From Glaucostegus cemiculus (taxonomy: Eukaryota), in the NCBI GenBank assembly GCA_976551045.1, contig CDPCPM010000213.1, forward strand, positions 868,001-932,000: a stretch of 64,000 bases of DNA, written 5' to 3'. The notes under the pieces are model-generated. The model saw nothing but the letters and a program-made list of their open reading frames with translations. It had not been told where the DNA came from and did not search any database. The translations under genes were made by a program, and so were the position numbers. Shown here piece by piece: positions 26,771 to 40,715 of the stretch. Position 1 is the first letter of the stretch, and each line of letters opens with the position of its first letter.

Positions 26771-28149
26771 CAGCAGGAATATGCCTGTCAGCTCTCTGTT
26801 CAGAAGGGGTTGTGAAGCTAACAGCTATCAAGAGGATTAGTTGCAGCTGGGATTAATGTAGCAATCTTTCTTTCAACTAAACTTAAATATTTGCATTATA
26901 TCTTCTGTAATTTTAAACTAAGGTGGGTTCCCAAAACTGCCGCTCTATATAGCAGTTTTATTCCCGCACCTTCAAGATCACTGCGTAGTTGGCAGGGTAA
27001 AACTCCCATCCCTGTTAAGTAAGCTAAAATAAGCCCTTAACCAGGCTGAAAAGGCTTAGGACTTTGGGCCTTTTTTGTGGAGGTTAAGAAACCCCATAAG
27101 GGGAAAATTTGAGTCTCCCAGCATACTTGGATACTCTCCAGACTTCTTGTTGTTGCTAGAACCTGTGGGTCTTGGCTCGGCTAAATCCAGAAGTTCCCAG
27201 GTAAGATCCAATGCCTTTAAGATTGGAACTTCACCTACGGTGTGTTACTGAAGAAATTATAAACAAAAGCTACTTAAGGTGCTATTAAGAGGTCCTCTAA
27301 ATAACTGCAAAAGTACATTGTGGAAAAATGATCAATTCCAGGAATTCTTAGTTCACTTACAGCTGTAGGTCCTCTAGTGCGTTCCTGTAAGATTTTGCAT
27401 TATAGATAAAAGGTGAATGATTTAAATCTTATACTCTTTCGGGTGCCACTGTGTACTTACAGTGAGGGATCTACTCAGAGAGACTTTTATTTGCACGGTG
27501 TATTCCATAATAAGAAATCGCATAGAAGTTTGCAAGTTTCAATGAAATATCCTCTCATTTACTTAAATTCTAGAGAATACCGAGTTGGTCAATTCAGTCT
27601 TTCTTCAAACGAGAACCTTCCGCCCCCGGAACCAGGCTACCCTCCCTCTACGGCAAGTGTGCCCTTTCTAGGTGTGATGATCAAAACTGTACAATATTCC
27701 ACGTGTGTTCTCATTAAGCCCCATTACAATTGCAGTAAGACTTTCTTCCTCCACTATTCAGAACCTTTCCTAATTTAAAAAAAACTAACATATAATTTGC
27801 CTTTCTAATCCCTGCATGTTTGCTTTTAGTAACTAGTTTGTAAATATTAACGTGTATATACCTTTAAGAACTGTGGTCACGACTTGATACATTGAGGTCT
27901 CAGCCAATGAGGCTTGTTCACCTCCAATAGAAGATATTTGTTTAGATATTGTTTATGCGTGCCTTACTTACGGAATATATGTTTGAGTAAGTATGTTAGT
28001 ACGTGTAAAATATACTTACTGTTAACCTGATTCATCGCAAATTGCACACAATTAAAATTTCCAACGTACACTGCATGCTTCGAGGGTTATAGGGTTGGGC
28101 ATTATAGGGATGAAGAAGGCCAAGGCTAGCTGGCAAGATTTTATTTTTT

Positions 28150-28620
28150 AAAGGAAGCCACTGCTGGAGTATCGGGGTGCGGGGGCCCAACACATTGGGA
28201 GGCGCTGCAGCTGCGGTAAAGCCGCCCCTCCGGCGGCGGCGCCACTCAGTGAGAACGGGCGGCGCCTGGCAACGGAGGGGCAGGAAAGAGACGGAGAAGG
28301 CGAGCGAGGAGCCGAGCCCGCGGCCGTGAGTAAAACCAGCCCCGCGGGAGGGGCTCTGCCGTCGGACGGGCGACGCGAGTCAGTGCGGCCGGGGAGTGGA
28401 GGAGACGGCGGCGAGGCCTGACACCCCCCCCCCCCGGTTCCTTCCCCCACCCCCTCTCTCCCTGAGGTGACGCTGACTGGGCCCCCGGGGCCGAGTATGT
28501 GGGGGTGGGGGGTGCCTTGTTTATTGACTCCACGGTCAGGTGCAGCTGGGCTCCAGTCACCCTGCAGCGCATCCCCGGGGTGGGCTTAACGGGGACCCAG
28601 GACCCTGAGCTCAGCCCCCT
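28150..28620 (+). promoter_or_regulatory. TMEM106A: CpG island: probable TMEM106 promoter and non-coding first exon (candidate donor CC|GTGAGT at 28326)
   Basis: Only GC/CpG-rich tract in the window; reverse CCAAT at about 28193; consensus donor; next gene downstream is TMEM106 with its ATG in an AG-flanked exon. Confidence 0.7.
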
Positions 28621-29559
28621 TCCTGCTTGGTGTAGGGAGTGAGTGCCTTCATGTTTATTTGCAGGGCTGAAATCCGATGCATTTGTCCTGAGTATTAATT
28701 ATTGACATTATGTTTTAAACGGAAGATGCAACCTTCACTGTTCCATTAATAGACACAAGCATGTCCTCAGCAGCCGCATTTAGTTCCTCATTTTACTTTT
28801 CAGTGCTAGGTGTGAGATTTGCTGTTTTGCAGTCTGATAGCACCCTACCAAAGCGATTATCCTTCTAACGCCACCTCATTACTTGTTCTCTACACCATTG
28901 AAAGCCGTTCACGTAATCACAACATTCTGCTTTCAAGAGTTCTTCGTTAAAGCCAGTTTGCACCACTACCCGATTTCTTGTTGTCAAATGTTCTTATTAG
29001 AAGCTCTCCCTGCAGTTTCATGCTCATTGTCCAGATTTTCAACTAGGTTAAGGCCCTTTAATGTGATAGAGGCTGTAAGACTGTGATAAGGTTTAAGATA
29101 GAATGTAGAGGAAAATGTTTTTCTTTGTTTAAGAGCTGAACGATGAGCCATAGTTATAAGATGGTTAATAAATCAAGCAATAGACTCAAGAAATTCTTTA
29201 TCCAGAGGATGCTTCAAATGTGGAACTTGCTGAGGTAACCAGCACAGGTGCATGAAGGGGGCCCAGATAATAGATGGAATATTAAATGAGGAATAGTAGG
29301 TGGTGCCTTGTGTGGAATGTAAGAACAGACGTGGACTTGGTTTTATGTAATATTGTGCAGTTTGTTGAACCTGCCTCATCTGTTTACATTTAAATGATGT
29401 TGTTAATGTGGGAAAGATATTCAATGATGTTTGTAGGATCAGATAGGGTATAAAACTGCCTGCAAAATGCATGCTGAGTGAATATTTGTTGAATGAACAT
29501 GAGCAGAGTAGTTGAAAATATGTCTTAGACTCTTGGAACATTTTGGAGGTTGGGATAGC

Positions 29560-30085
29560 AAGGTGAGAAGATGAAGGAGAACAGGTAAGGCAAATGGATC
29601 TTGGGTGAATATTTTGAGAGACCTTGTCAACTGATTCTTGTGATGACAGTGATACACTATCGAGAAAGACTAGATAGTTTGGGTCTATTCCATGGTGTTT
29701 AGAAGAATGACTAGCAATCTTATTCATACATATTCCTAAGGGGGCTTGAAAAGGTAGATGTTGAGATGCTGTCACCAGTGGGAAAGTCATGAACAAAGGA
29801 ACATAGCTACAAAATAAGGGGCTGGTCATTTAAAACAAGTACGTGGAAATTACTTCTCTCAGAGCTAGTGAATCCCTGGAATCCTCTGCCACTGATGATG
29901 GAGGAGACCAGATCATCAGAAATCTTTAGGTGACATAGATAAATATTTGAAAGATTGAGGATTTTGGGGAGCTGATACAGAAGAGGAGTTAAGGCCAGCA
30001 TAAATCAGCCATGATAATATTAAATGGCAGGACAAGCTTAATGGACCTGGTGGCTTATTCCTGCTTCTACTTTCTTATGTTCTTG
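29560..30085 (+). mobile_element. Degraded CR1 3' fragment
   Basis: FRRMxxxLI / RTKEH remnants and TCAGCCATGAT...GGCTTATTCCTGCTTCT tail. Confidence 0.6.
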
Positions 30086-30674
30086 TAGTAATGATTTTTT
30101 TCCCTGAATATATAACTGCATTGGCAGATGTGACACTCAGCAATGCAGATCATGGATCACCCAGTCTGTACTTTGTTAGCTAATCTTACCTGCAGCCTTA
30201 GCTGGTTCAAACTAGCAAAAGGAAAATTTAGGTGCTATTCAGTTGTGTTAGATTGGAAGGGATTTGGGTGCACCAAAGTTTAATCATTTAAGATGTGAAA
30301 CTGAGATAAAATTCTAATTATTCATAACATAAATGCAAAGCTTAGCATGAATTTCTAGTTATCAGTTGCAGACTTGAGATTAACTAAGGACTGGCCTGTT
30401 GGATTGTAAGATTCTCTTGAGTATTGATGTTCCATATTCAAGTTTGCTTTTTGTTATGTGGAGCCACAGTAAGCACCATGTTCCTTGATACTGCAATGGA
30501 AAGTAACAGAGAAATGTAAAACAGCCAAGAATAACCCTTTCTTCTATTCTCTCTGCTGCACAAAGTGACTCGTAACCTTCCATGCTTATTGAAAAAACTT
30601 CCGAACAAGAAAATAGGGGAAGGTTCATTGTGTTTGACTTTCAGGAAGGGAAACAATATGAGTAATGGCAGTGA

Positions 30675-31670
30675 TGATCTTGAGGCTTGAGGAGTTAATG
30701 GGTTTGTGGCTAAGTTTGCGGATGACACTAAGATTGGGGGAGGGGTGGAGAGTAGAGAAGAGACAGAAAAGTTACAGAGAGACTTGGATAGTCTAGGAGA
30801 ATGGGCGAGGTAATGGCAGATGAGATTCAACGTGGAAAAATGTGCAGTTGTACACTTCGGAAGTAGAAATAAATGGGCAGACTACTATCTAGAAGGAGAT
30901 AAAATTGGAAGTACAGAAGTACAAAGGGACTTAGGGGTGCTCGTATAGCATAACCTAAAGGTTATCCACCAGGTTGGATCAGCGGTAAGGAAAGCGAATG
31001 CTATGTTGGCATTTATTTTGAGAGGTATAGTATATAAAAGCAAGGAAGTGTTGATGAGGCTATATGGGGCACTGGTGAAGCCTCATTTAGAGTACTGTGT
31101 ACAGTTTTGGGCCCCATATCTTAGGAGGGATGTGCTGATGTTGGAGAGGGTTCAGAGGAGATTTACTAGGATGATTCCTGGGATGAAAAGGCTTACATAT
31201 GATGAGCGACTGTCGGCACTTGGACTGTACTCGTTGGAGTACAGAAGAATGAGAGGGGACCTAATGGAAACGTACAAGATGTTGAAAGGAATAGACAAAG
31301 TGAATGTGGTCAAGCTGTTTCCCTTGGTGAGTCCAGGACTAGAGGGCACAACCTTAGAATTAGAGGAAGCAGGTTCAAAACAGAGATAAGGAGGAATTTA
31401 TTTAGCCAGAGGGTGGTGAACCTGTGGAACTCCTTACCACAGAAAGCAGTGGAGGCCAGATCATTGGGGATATTCAAGAAGGAAATAGATAGATATCTAA
31501 TTGGTTGAGGTATCAAGGGATATGGAGATAAGGCAGGAATTTGGAGTTAGAATAGCTTTTTTTTTCTCATTCTTTTTCATCTTTTTCCCCATTTTTTCCC
31601 CACCCTCCCTTCCCTTTGGAGCAGACTCGATGGGCCGAGTGGCCTGCTTCTGCTCCATTATCTTGTGATA
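30675..31670 (+). mobile_element. 5'-truncated CR1 LINE (RT KFADDTK through 3' UTR)
   Basis: AKFADDTKIGG, WQMRFNVEKC, LYGALVKPHLEYCVQFWAP, RRMRGDL; frameshift near 31330. Confidence 0.92.
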
Positions 31671-32289
31671 CAGATTTCTTATTTTGGGTCTGGTGATTAT
31701 CTTTGGAAGAAATCAGTACCACCCTGATGAGGGATGTTACCTCTGTGTCCAGTGTTCTGAATTGAAGAGCTTCAGAGCTGGCAACTGGTAACTCCTTTGA
31801 TTTTTGGAGGCAGTACTGTGATGTTCTAGCTGAAACAACCAAGGTTGTAAATGAATAAGGCAAAACTTTGACATTTTTTTATGGCACTCAACCCAGCCCC
31901 TGAAACATAGAATCATGATTTTTTTTTTCCTAATTCAGGTATAAGCCATAAGTTTTCTTGTAATGTGAAACGTAGTCAGATGGGTGAGTTGTCAGATGGT
32001 TGACATGAAACTTGTTTCCTGAATCAAGTAATCGGATTTCAGTATGCTTAAAAATATTAATACATTTAGCACCAGTGTTAAACTGGATCTCTTAAAATAG
32101 GTTAAAAATATGTACATGTTTTTGGATGTAATCCATTGTAAAATAGTTTACATCCAAAAAGGTGTGTCAAACTGCAACCTACATGGTTGCTGATACTTTG
32201 CTGTGCAGCAGTCCATCTTAGTCATTGTCCCTTAAAGGCATAGCCCCTAAGTCACACAGCAGCAACACGTAATGGCAGAAGCAAAAAAA

Positions 32290-32405
32290 GCAAAGTGCTG
32301 GAGGAGCTCAAGGGGTCAAACAGCATCTGTGGGGGGAGGGGGGGGTAGAAGGAATCGTCAATGTTTCGGGTACAGTCCACATCTGCAGTTTCTTGTGTCT
32401 ACACA
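32290..32405. repeat. Partial palindromic Penelope-derived-type element
   Basis: GTGCTGGAGGAGCTCAAGGGGTCAAACAGCATCTGTGG...ATGTTTCGGG...ATCTGCAGTTTCTTGTGTCT. Confidence 0.55.
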
Positions 32406-34379
32406 GTGTGGCTGCTTTGGGAAAGGGAGAGAGATCCCAGATTAATGTGGAGAGATACAGACATGTTCATAAGCGAGATGCATGCCGGGAGGGAAGACCT
32501 GTGTCTGGTGGGAGTGGAAGGAAGCGGGTGGGCCAGGAAACCTGCCAGGACCAATGTACGAAGAGCCTGGTAGGAGTTGACTCAAATGTTCTCCAGAAGT
32601 TCAAATTTTTGCAGTTAAGTGGTACTGTAAAATATTTCATGCCTGAATGTAACTTGACAAACTGAGCTGTATGACACGAAAAAAGTTACCCTTTCAAGCA
32701 GGTGCATTTATTCAGCCAGAGACACAGACAAACAGAGACAACAAAAAGGTCACTCATTGTCATTCACGCCCTCATTTAGAGTAAAACTGGGGAATAACTG
32801 GGAGGAGGCTTGCTTAACAGGTGGACGCTCAAGTTAGCAGTCTGCTGACCTGGAAGAAATGATCCTCCTCCTCATCCTGGTGGGCAGAAGAGCCATAGAA
32901 GTGCATACTGCTGGGTATCATCATTAACTCATTTTCATTGAAATGGTTAATACAAGGGCTTGTATAATTTATGACTAGTTTTGTGTGTTGTCTGGACCCA
33001 TGTGCCTGTGATGCTGCTGCAAGCAAGCTTTTCATTGTACCTGTACCTCACCGTACTTGTGCACTTGGCAATAAACTCGATTTGACTCTACAAAATGGTT
33101 GGCATGTTGTCAGGCCTTCCTGGCCAAACACAGGAGGTAAAAGAAACACAGAGGTTGTTTGAGCCAGGAGACCATGACTTTCACTCTTTGGAGAATGTGC
33201 ACACTTCTTTGCAAGGGCATGGCAGCAATCTCATCACATGGACAGTGGCCACACACTGCTTAAATGCAGTCAGCCCATGATCCAGCAAGAGTTGTGGTTT
33301 CTTCTGTACAAAAGCAGTTTGAAACCCTTCAGGAGAATCAACTTGGCAGCAGGGAGCAGCTTGATATTCCCACTGAGCAGAGAGGTGCCACTCCTGAGCA
33401 ATTATTGTCTTTATTGGGCAATGAAATGCCATTGATGTAGATCGCTTCCCACAGTGCATACAGGAATGCAACACACAAGCAGCTTGTGATTTTTCAGTTG
33501 TAAAGGGATGCTGCACACAGGCAGATTGCTAAGCTGCTTGAGCATAAAGTGCAACACAAGCAGATCGCTGTGCTACAGGCATATGTGAGCCCATCACTCT
33601 TCTACAGGAGCAGACATGTCCTCTCCATTCCCCATTCACGCACCTTTTCATTGTGAGTAGAGTCCAGTTGTAGTGACACAGAATGCCGACTCAGTAGAAG
33701 AGTAAAGACTGAAGGAACCTGATCGCTGTGAGTCATGGTCTGTCAGGTTCCTTCCAGCCTGAATGTTGAAACAATTGTTGTGGTTTCAACTCCTAGTAAA
33801 ACCTCTGGGACAGCTCGCTCATCTGTGCCCAACAACCAGTCATCTATTTCCTCCAGTTGACTGTGGGCAGCAGCTGAATCCAGCCCACTTGGGGCATGAG
33901 CTTCTCGTCAATCATCGAGAATTAATATGTGGATTCAAAGTTAAAGGGAGCAAACCTCTGCAGCCACGTAGAGGACACTGTGGTGTAGCATTAGGACATC
34001 AAAAATCACCTATGTGGTTGTCAAGAGGCAAAGGTACATTAAACAAAAGTTATGTTTCTCTGATGTCCATACTCTCAGTGCCCCTTTCTATGTACAAGTT
34101 TGAACACAATAGGAATAGGTAAGATCATTATTGCTTGTGCAGGTGAGTGTGATGCTACATCGATCATATCCAGCTCTGTTACAATCACTGCAGATGGACA
34201 AACGAACCAAGATGTGAGTGAATATTATGCATCTTAAGTGTGTGGAGAGAGTCACTCGGTTTGCATTGGAGACTGATCTTTACACACTTTTGAAAAACAT
34301 TTCACTATCAGTGAGTCTCTTATTGCTTATGTGGACAATGCCTCCTTCCTCCATTTAGCCAGGAAAAGAGGCTGGTACT

Positions 34380-34720
34380 GTTAAGCTAGGACATCACCTT
34401 TGGTAGTCTTCATCCATTCCAGCTTTTCCTCCAGCACTTGCTGATGTCTGCAGTTTATAAGGCTATTCAGCATGCAGCACACTGTGTGGAAAAACCCCCA
34501 CACCTGCTTGACCTGTACTAAACTTTGGAATATCTTCACGAGGACACCATTTGATGCGTTCGTGTGTCTTGGTTTATTGGCTGCTGTGGTTGAAGTGACT
34601 AGCTTTGGAATTAGAGAGTTGTCCAGGTCACACAAAAGCCATTCCTCAGGGCAGTGCTGCCTGCGGAAAATGCCAAGCATTATGGACCCTGTCAGGATGG
34701 ACCATGGATTAACCAAGAAA
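34380..34720 (+). mobile_element. Old RTE-like LINE ORF2 C-terminal fragment
   Basis: VWKN...TKLxIF...CLRK pattern typical of the RTE C-terminal region; very degraded. Confidence 0.4.
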
Positions 34721-34864
34721 TGAGAAGCAAGTTTTGTATGCAATCATTACCTTCTAATCCATTGTTTCTCAAAATGGGGGCCATGATCCTTGTGTGGGAT
34801 ATTTTTTTAAAGAGTCTCACTCACTGGTCCTCTAAGTAAAAGCTGGTCCATGATGTCCAGTCTC

Positions 34865-35525
34865 ATTCATAAAGTTGTAAAGTTACACAGCACAGAAGTG
34901 GGCCCTTTGGCCCTGCACATCCATGCCAACCTTCTTGTCCGTCTACAATAATTACATTTGCCTGCAATAGGTCCATATTTTTCTGTGCCTTGCCTGTTCA
35001 AGTGCCTGTTTAAATGTCTCTTAAATATAGTCTTTCTACCCGATTCCACCTCTTCCTCTAACCAGTGAGTTCCAGATATCAACCACTCACTTTAGTTGGG
35101 GGGGAAGCTTCCCCTCAAATCCCCTTTAAGGTACTCCCTCCAACCTTAAATTTGTGCTCTTGTTTTTGATACCCCTGTTATGGGAAGAAGATTTTTGACC
35201 ATCTACCCTAATTATGCATCTCATTTTATATACCTCTATCATGTCACTCCTTGGTCTCCTTCACTCCAGGGGAAGAAACCTAGCCTTTCCAGTCTCTTCC
35301 TATAACTAAAATCCTTTAATCCAGGCATTATCCTGGTGATTCTCCTCTATACTCTATCTCAGCGCAACCGCATTCTTTCTATAGTGTGGCAGCCAGAACT
35401 GCTACAAGGGTGGTCCAACCAGTATTTTGTAAAGTCACAAAATAAAGTCTGACCTTTTATATTATGTGCACCGACCTATAAAGGCAGGCATGCTATATGC
35501 CGCCTTCTCCACCCTAGCTACCATT
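34865..35525 (-). mobile_element. CR1 3' fragment
   Basis: Tail CACAGCACAGAAGTGGGCCCTTTGGCCC and reverse-strand QFWLPHYRK remnants. Confidence 0.75.
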
Positions 35526-38484
35526 TAGGACCTTGCCCCTATTCCCTGGCTTCACACATAGGCGGCCCCTTTGGCCCACTTTTCCCTGGTTTCCCTCTTG
35601 CTTTCTTGATATAGAAAGAATGTCTTGGGATTCTCAGTCTTTAATTTGTTTCTGGCTAATACAGAATAGTCCTGGGTGTTCATGTTATTACAATTTTTTT
35701 TCACCATTAGTAACAATTACCATGAAACATGAGGTGATTAAAATCTCATATTCTAAAGTGAAAAATCAAAAGGCAGAGGTGGGGATAACTTGAGGAAAAA
35801 TACATTTGCAAAACATTCATTAATTTCTTGCTACTGTTATATACTTCAGGCACTGATATCTCTTCTGAGAAACCGGTTTGTGTATTTTCATGGCAAAGCC
35901 TCATGGATAGAATCATCGTTCCAGGCTAAAAGCACCATGAATTATTACATCCGTCTATTAGCTCATTAAAATGAGGGGCCTCCCACAGTAAGCTCCTTCA
36001 CTTAAAAACACTTCTATAAATTTATATTAGAATAAGATTTATTATTACTGTCTTCTGATGTGAAATGTGTTGCTTTGCAGCAGTACAGTACAAGGGCATA
36101 ACATTACTATAAGATTACAAAGTAAGTAAATAGTGCAAAAAATAGGAACAATGAGATAGTGTTGATGGATTCATGGACTGTTCAGAAATCTGATGGTGGA
36201 GGAGAAGAAGCTTTTCTGAATCAATAAGTGTGGGCCTTATTTCAGAATCATACAGAGACTGTGCACTGAAGAAGTAGAACAACTCCATTGAGGTTTATTT
36301 AGTAAAAACATGTGTACTGTAAGAACTCTGTATTTCAATTGAATCGAAAACAAAGAACTAAAAAGGGAACCACAACGTTGACATTTTTGTTTGCTAAAGG
36401 CAAAGTTCCACAAAGATTACATGGACAGTGGGCATATTAAAAAAAAGTGAAAGATGACAACAAAAAGGAAGCAGTGGGGGAAGAACTACTGGGAATCAGA
36501 GGGAGAAATAGGAAGCTGCAAATTTAGGAGAAATGCCACTTTTAATATATGTTCTTCTCCTGACTCCACCCACAGACCTTGCTGATCTTTTAGTGCACAT
36601 CAATCCCCTCCACATGATATGGACAAATAGTTCTCTGGCCAAATCCACTCCTACCCAACCATATCCATCTTCAACATGAACCACAGTTGTAACTGCAGAC
36701 TGATTGAGAAGCACATGACGATGGTGTGACATTCATTCTCTTTTTCCTTCCTGAGATATACATGTCTCAAAATATAAGGATAATTTTGAAAGATGTCTTT
36801 TTGGTTTATGATTTTTCTCAAATTTCTGTATTGTTCTATGGTTACTTACTAGAAATAATTGCCTTTTCTTCTGATGTGCTCCTCTGCGATTTGAAGTCTT
36901 GAATAGAGGGAAGATGCTACATAGTTTAAAAAGCTGCTTGTACTTGGGTGCAGGTAACAAGAAAGCCAGATCATCTTGGGGCAGTTTGAACACTGCTGGC
37001 AGAAATTTTAGCCAGTTAATCATGTGTCATGAAATGGCACTTTGGCATCAGAACTCAAAACAAAATTTGATAAAAGTACTTTTTTTTCCTAACTTATTTC
37101 TAGAATATTGTGAATCCATCTCAAGCTCATTTGAAAAATGTGGCAAATCAGGTTTTTTGTGTTGCATTAAGAAGTGATGATTTGAAGATGAGGTGATGTT
37201 GGTGAAAGAATAAAAGGGTTATGTCCTGGACATAGGAAATGCTGGGGAAAAAATAATTTCATTGGTTGGCATTTGTATTAGGGTCCAACAGAGCTTATTT
37301 TTCATTTGAGGTAGAAAAAGTTAACAATGTAACATACAGTATATAGATAAAGTTATCTGCAGTTTTCATGTTAGCCAAATGTATACAATGCATGACAGTC
37401 AATATAATTTTATTCTTCATATTTTAGCCCTGAACCACAAAGGATCTGCAGAGGATTTGACGGAAAAGTTTAGAAACTCTTTGGATTTTTGATAATTTTC
37501 TCTATAGATTTCCAAGTTATTTTTGTTGCTGTAGAAAATAGAATTTTCTGTGATTGGTGTATTGCAGACCCACCTCCTGATTTTGCATTATGACTATCAG
37601 TGAACAGGAAATTGAAGACCGAAACCATGAAGCCTGTGAATCACCACTGACAATGATCAAACTGAAAGATATTGTGCAACTAGCATTGTTTTGTTTTTCA
37701 AAGTGAGAACAAGGTCTTCCCATTTTTTGTGGCAAAATTTTCTGGTTTCTCTTGAAGTGTGTCAATATTAAAAAGTGTTCCTGAGGATCTGCAGGGGTTT
37801 AAAAGTCTGCAAGCTTTTTTTGACATCTTAGAGAGGATCTCCTGACTTCTCAGTATTTCTAGATGTTCTCCCACACAGAATAGTTTGAAAGCACAAATTT
37901 TTAAACTGAAGAATTTTATTCTCACATTTTCTCCTTACATTTTGTTTTAGTTTTAAATATTAAGTTGATTTTTTTGTCTCTCCCAATAATAACCATTACA
38001 CCTAAACCAGCTGAGTTCAGCACAGACTGGAAACGGAACAGCCTCTTCTTGTTCTGTGTTGTTAAGTTGTTTTACTGAGTACTTTGAGGTGTTTAAGTAT
38101 TTTAGCAACCACATCGTTGTAAGTAACTTCTAGACTTGTGTCTACAGGAAATGGACTATTGGGGTTTTGTCACAACTGATATATTCATCTATTATGCGAA
38201 CCAATGTCCGTGTCCTTTCCTAGAGCAACATCCCCAGTATAGAGGCCTTACTTACATTGAATTTGGTCCTTTGGATAGGACATGTTGTTATATGCCTGAT
38301 ACCAAACTCCTTAACAAAAAAGAAACTGAAATAACGGATAGGTTAAACTAATAAAATGCTTTATTAAGTAACAGCACGGAGCTTAAGCATGCTGTACAGT
38401 GATAACAACTTCATGACAGTCACGTGGTACTATCCTTAAAGTAGTATACAATCCTGTCAGAGGAAGAGATTACCAAACAGAGCA

Positions 38485-38625
38485 ATGCACACAAAATGCT
38501 GGGGGAACTTAGCAGGTCAGGCAGCATCTATGGAGAGAAATGAACAGTTGATGTTTTGGGCCAAGGCCCTTCATCAGGACTGGAAAGGATGAGGGCAGAA
38601 GCCAGAATAAAACGGGAGGGAGAGG
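38485..38625 (-). repeat. Penelope-derived-type arm with a hammerhead-core-like motif on the minus strand (38553-38577)
   Basis: Minus strand reads CTGATGA-A-GGGCC-TT-GGCCC-AAAAC. Confidence 0.6.
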
Positions 38626-38699
38626 AACATTTGAAATAGTATTGAGTACCTTGAATTTGTGCCCTGCTTAAATTGTAGATGGAGTGAACTACCTCATAA

Positions 38700-38845
38700 A
38701 CTAACACTCATTCACCTCATCTGGAACCTCCTGCCCCATCTGTGGAAGAATCTGCAGTTCCCACATTGTCCTCATCAGTCATCTGAGAACCTGTGAAACT
38801 GGAGTGAAAGTAAGTCATCTTCAATGACAAGGGGCTGCCTAATAA
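38700..38845 (+). mobile_element. RTE LINE 3' end
   Basis: Encodes CPICGRICSSHIVLISHLRT (C2H2-like RTE terminus) followed by a short UTR and TAATAA. Confidence 0.65.
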
Positions 38846-40204
38846 AAATGTTCATCTATTTTAGGATCAGTTTTCTATTGATGGAATAAATGATTGTTCA
38901 CCATCTCTTGCTTTCTTGCCAGGAATAGTGCAGTAATCTGCACTCATAATGCCACTTGGTTTGAAGCAAGAGAGTATGGGAAGTACCATGTTATGTACAT
39001 AAGCTGTGCCAGCTATTACAAGTTTTAGTTCACTAATCAGACATCTGGCTGGACCAGGCAGGACAGTATTCTGCTTAGACATATGCTATGACAAGTGTGG
39101 TTGTTATGAGTGCTTCTGTAGGTGGACTCCATGTTGTGTTAGTTAGATGTTAGGGACAGTAATGTTTTCTGATCGCTTCAGAATTATGTGCTTCATTGGT
39201 TTATGGGTAACACAGGACAAGCAGAGAGATCGATACTTCTTTAAATTCACGTGTGATTTAAGAATGGCATTTACATCAGCTTTTCTCCAAATTTTTGGGA
39301 GTCTGTTTCTTTATAGACAAGTAGACACGGACTATGTAGCTGTTGTTTTCATTGTGATACCAAGCTTGCTAACACGATGGGGATATGGGTTGTCTGGTCC
39401 ACTGGCCTGCAGTTTTGATCAGTGCGATAACCATGTCAAACTCATTGTCAGAGATGTAGGTGATTAACTTGAGGTTTACATTGTGTGGTTTTAAGTTGTT
39501 TGTGGATTCATGTCTGATTATTTCTTTATAGTATTTGCTTAAGTGGTTTTATTTATTCTTATTGCATAGTATTTTTAGAGGGGCTATCTAACACACAACC
39601 TAGATTTTGTTTTGTTACCTTTTTCAATAAGGTGGTCAATGGTGTGCTGTGCTTGCTTTTTGAATATGTCAAATACAACCCTTCCATAGAGATGAGCCCT
39701 ATATCTTTCTTTGATGTAGTTCAAGGTAGCAGCCATCTACTTTACAGTCACATACACTGAAACTCTGATAATCTGCTATCCGATTGTTCAGAAATCCTGA
39801 TGGCTTGGCATCTGGCTCAATGAGTCCTGGTTCCTGCACTCCCTTCAACCACACTGGGATCCCACTTCCTGAACTCCCTTTAAACTTGCCATGTTTGCTA
39901 GAAATTATTATTATTCTACTGTGTATCATTTTTCTAAAAGAAAAATGAATTAAAAATGGATTGGAATATTCGTTGGAATAACATCTAATAGTCCAGAGAA
40001 TCTGCTAATCCACCAACAAATTCCTAAAGTTATTAATAAATTTTATTTATTAACAAATTAATAAAGTTTTTTACTCTTTTGGTATTTAAGGTGGGTCGCC
40101 TTTCCACTAGGTAAGATCTGGATTTGTCTGGGTGTACTGGTATAGAGAGTAGAAGGTATGTGGCACCTTCAGATCATATGCAAAAGTTATATATCACTCT
40201 GGTT

Positions 40205-40715
40205 TAGAACATAGAACAGTACAGCACAAGAACAGGACCTTTGGCCCATGATGTTGTGCTGAATTAATTAAAGGTCTTACTAAACTAATCCCTTCTGCCT
40301 GCACAATATCCCTATCCATTCATGTGCCTATCTAAGAGCCTCTTAAACACTTCTTTCGTATTTGCCTCCACTACTACCCCTGGCGGTGCATTCCAGGCAC
40401 CCACCACACTGTCTTTTAAAAAAAAACTTGCCCTGCACATCTCCTTTCAATTTGCCCTCTCTGAGCTTAAATGCATGCCCTCTAGTAACATTTTGATCCT
40501 GGGAGGAAGATACTGGCTCTCTATCTGTGCCTCTAATCTTATAAACCTCTATAAGGTCTCCCCTCAACCTCCACTGCTCCAGAGAAAACAACCCTAGTTT
40601 GTCCATGTAGCACATGCCTTCTAATCCAGGCAGTATCCTGGTAAACCTCTTCAGCACCCTCTGCTAAAGCCTCCACATCCTTCCTATAATGAGGCAATCA
40701 GAATTGAATGCAATG
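40205..40715 (-). mobile_element. CR1 3' fragment
   Basis: Minus-strand ORF KRFTRILPGLEG...LGLFSLEQWRLRGDLIEVYK...TRGH; AGAACATAGAAC tail. Confidence 0.85.

Noticed and set aside
25300-28150. U2 snRNA genes (the human RNU2 array lies near NBR1/TMEM106A)
   Set aside because: No U2 sequence (ATCGCTTCTCGGCCTTTTGGC) was seen here or elsewhere in the window
28148-28572. Minus-strand Pro/Gly/Arg-rich ORFs
   Set aside because: Expected stop-codon scarcity in a CpG island; no recognisable domain
29173-29829. 218-aa minus-strand ORF
   Set aside because: Antisense reading of degraded CR1 fragments
38419-38427. GTCACGTGG as a CLEAR/TFEB site for a lysosomal gene
   Set aside because: Single imperfect E-box 10 kb from the promoter; not supportable without conservation or ChIP data
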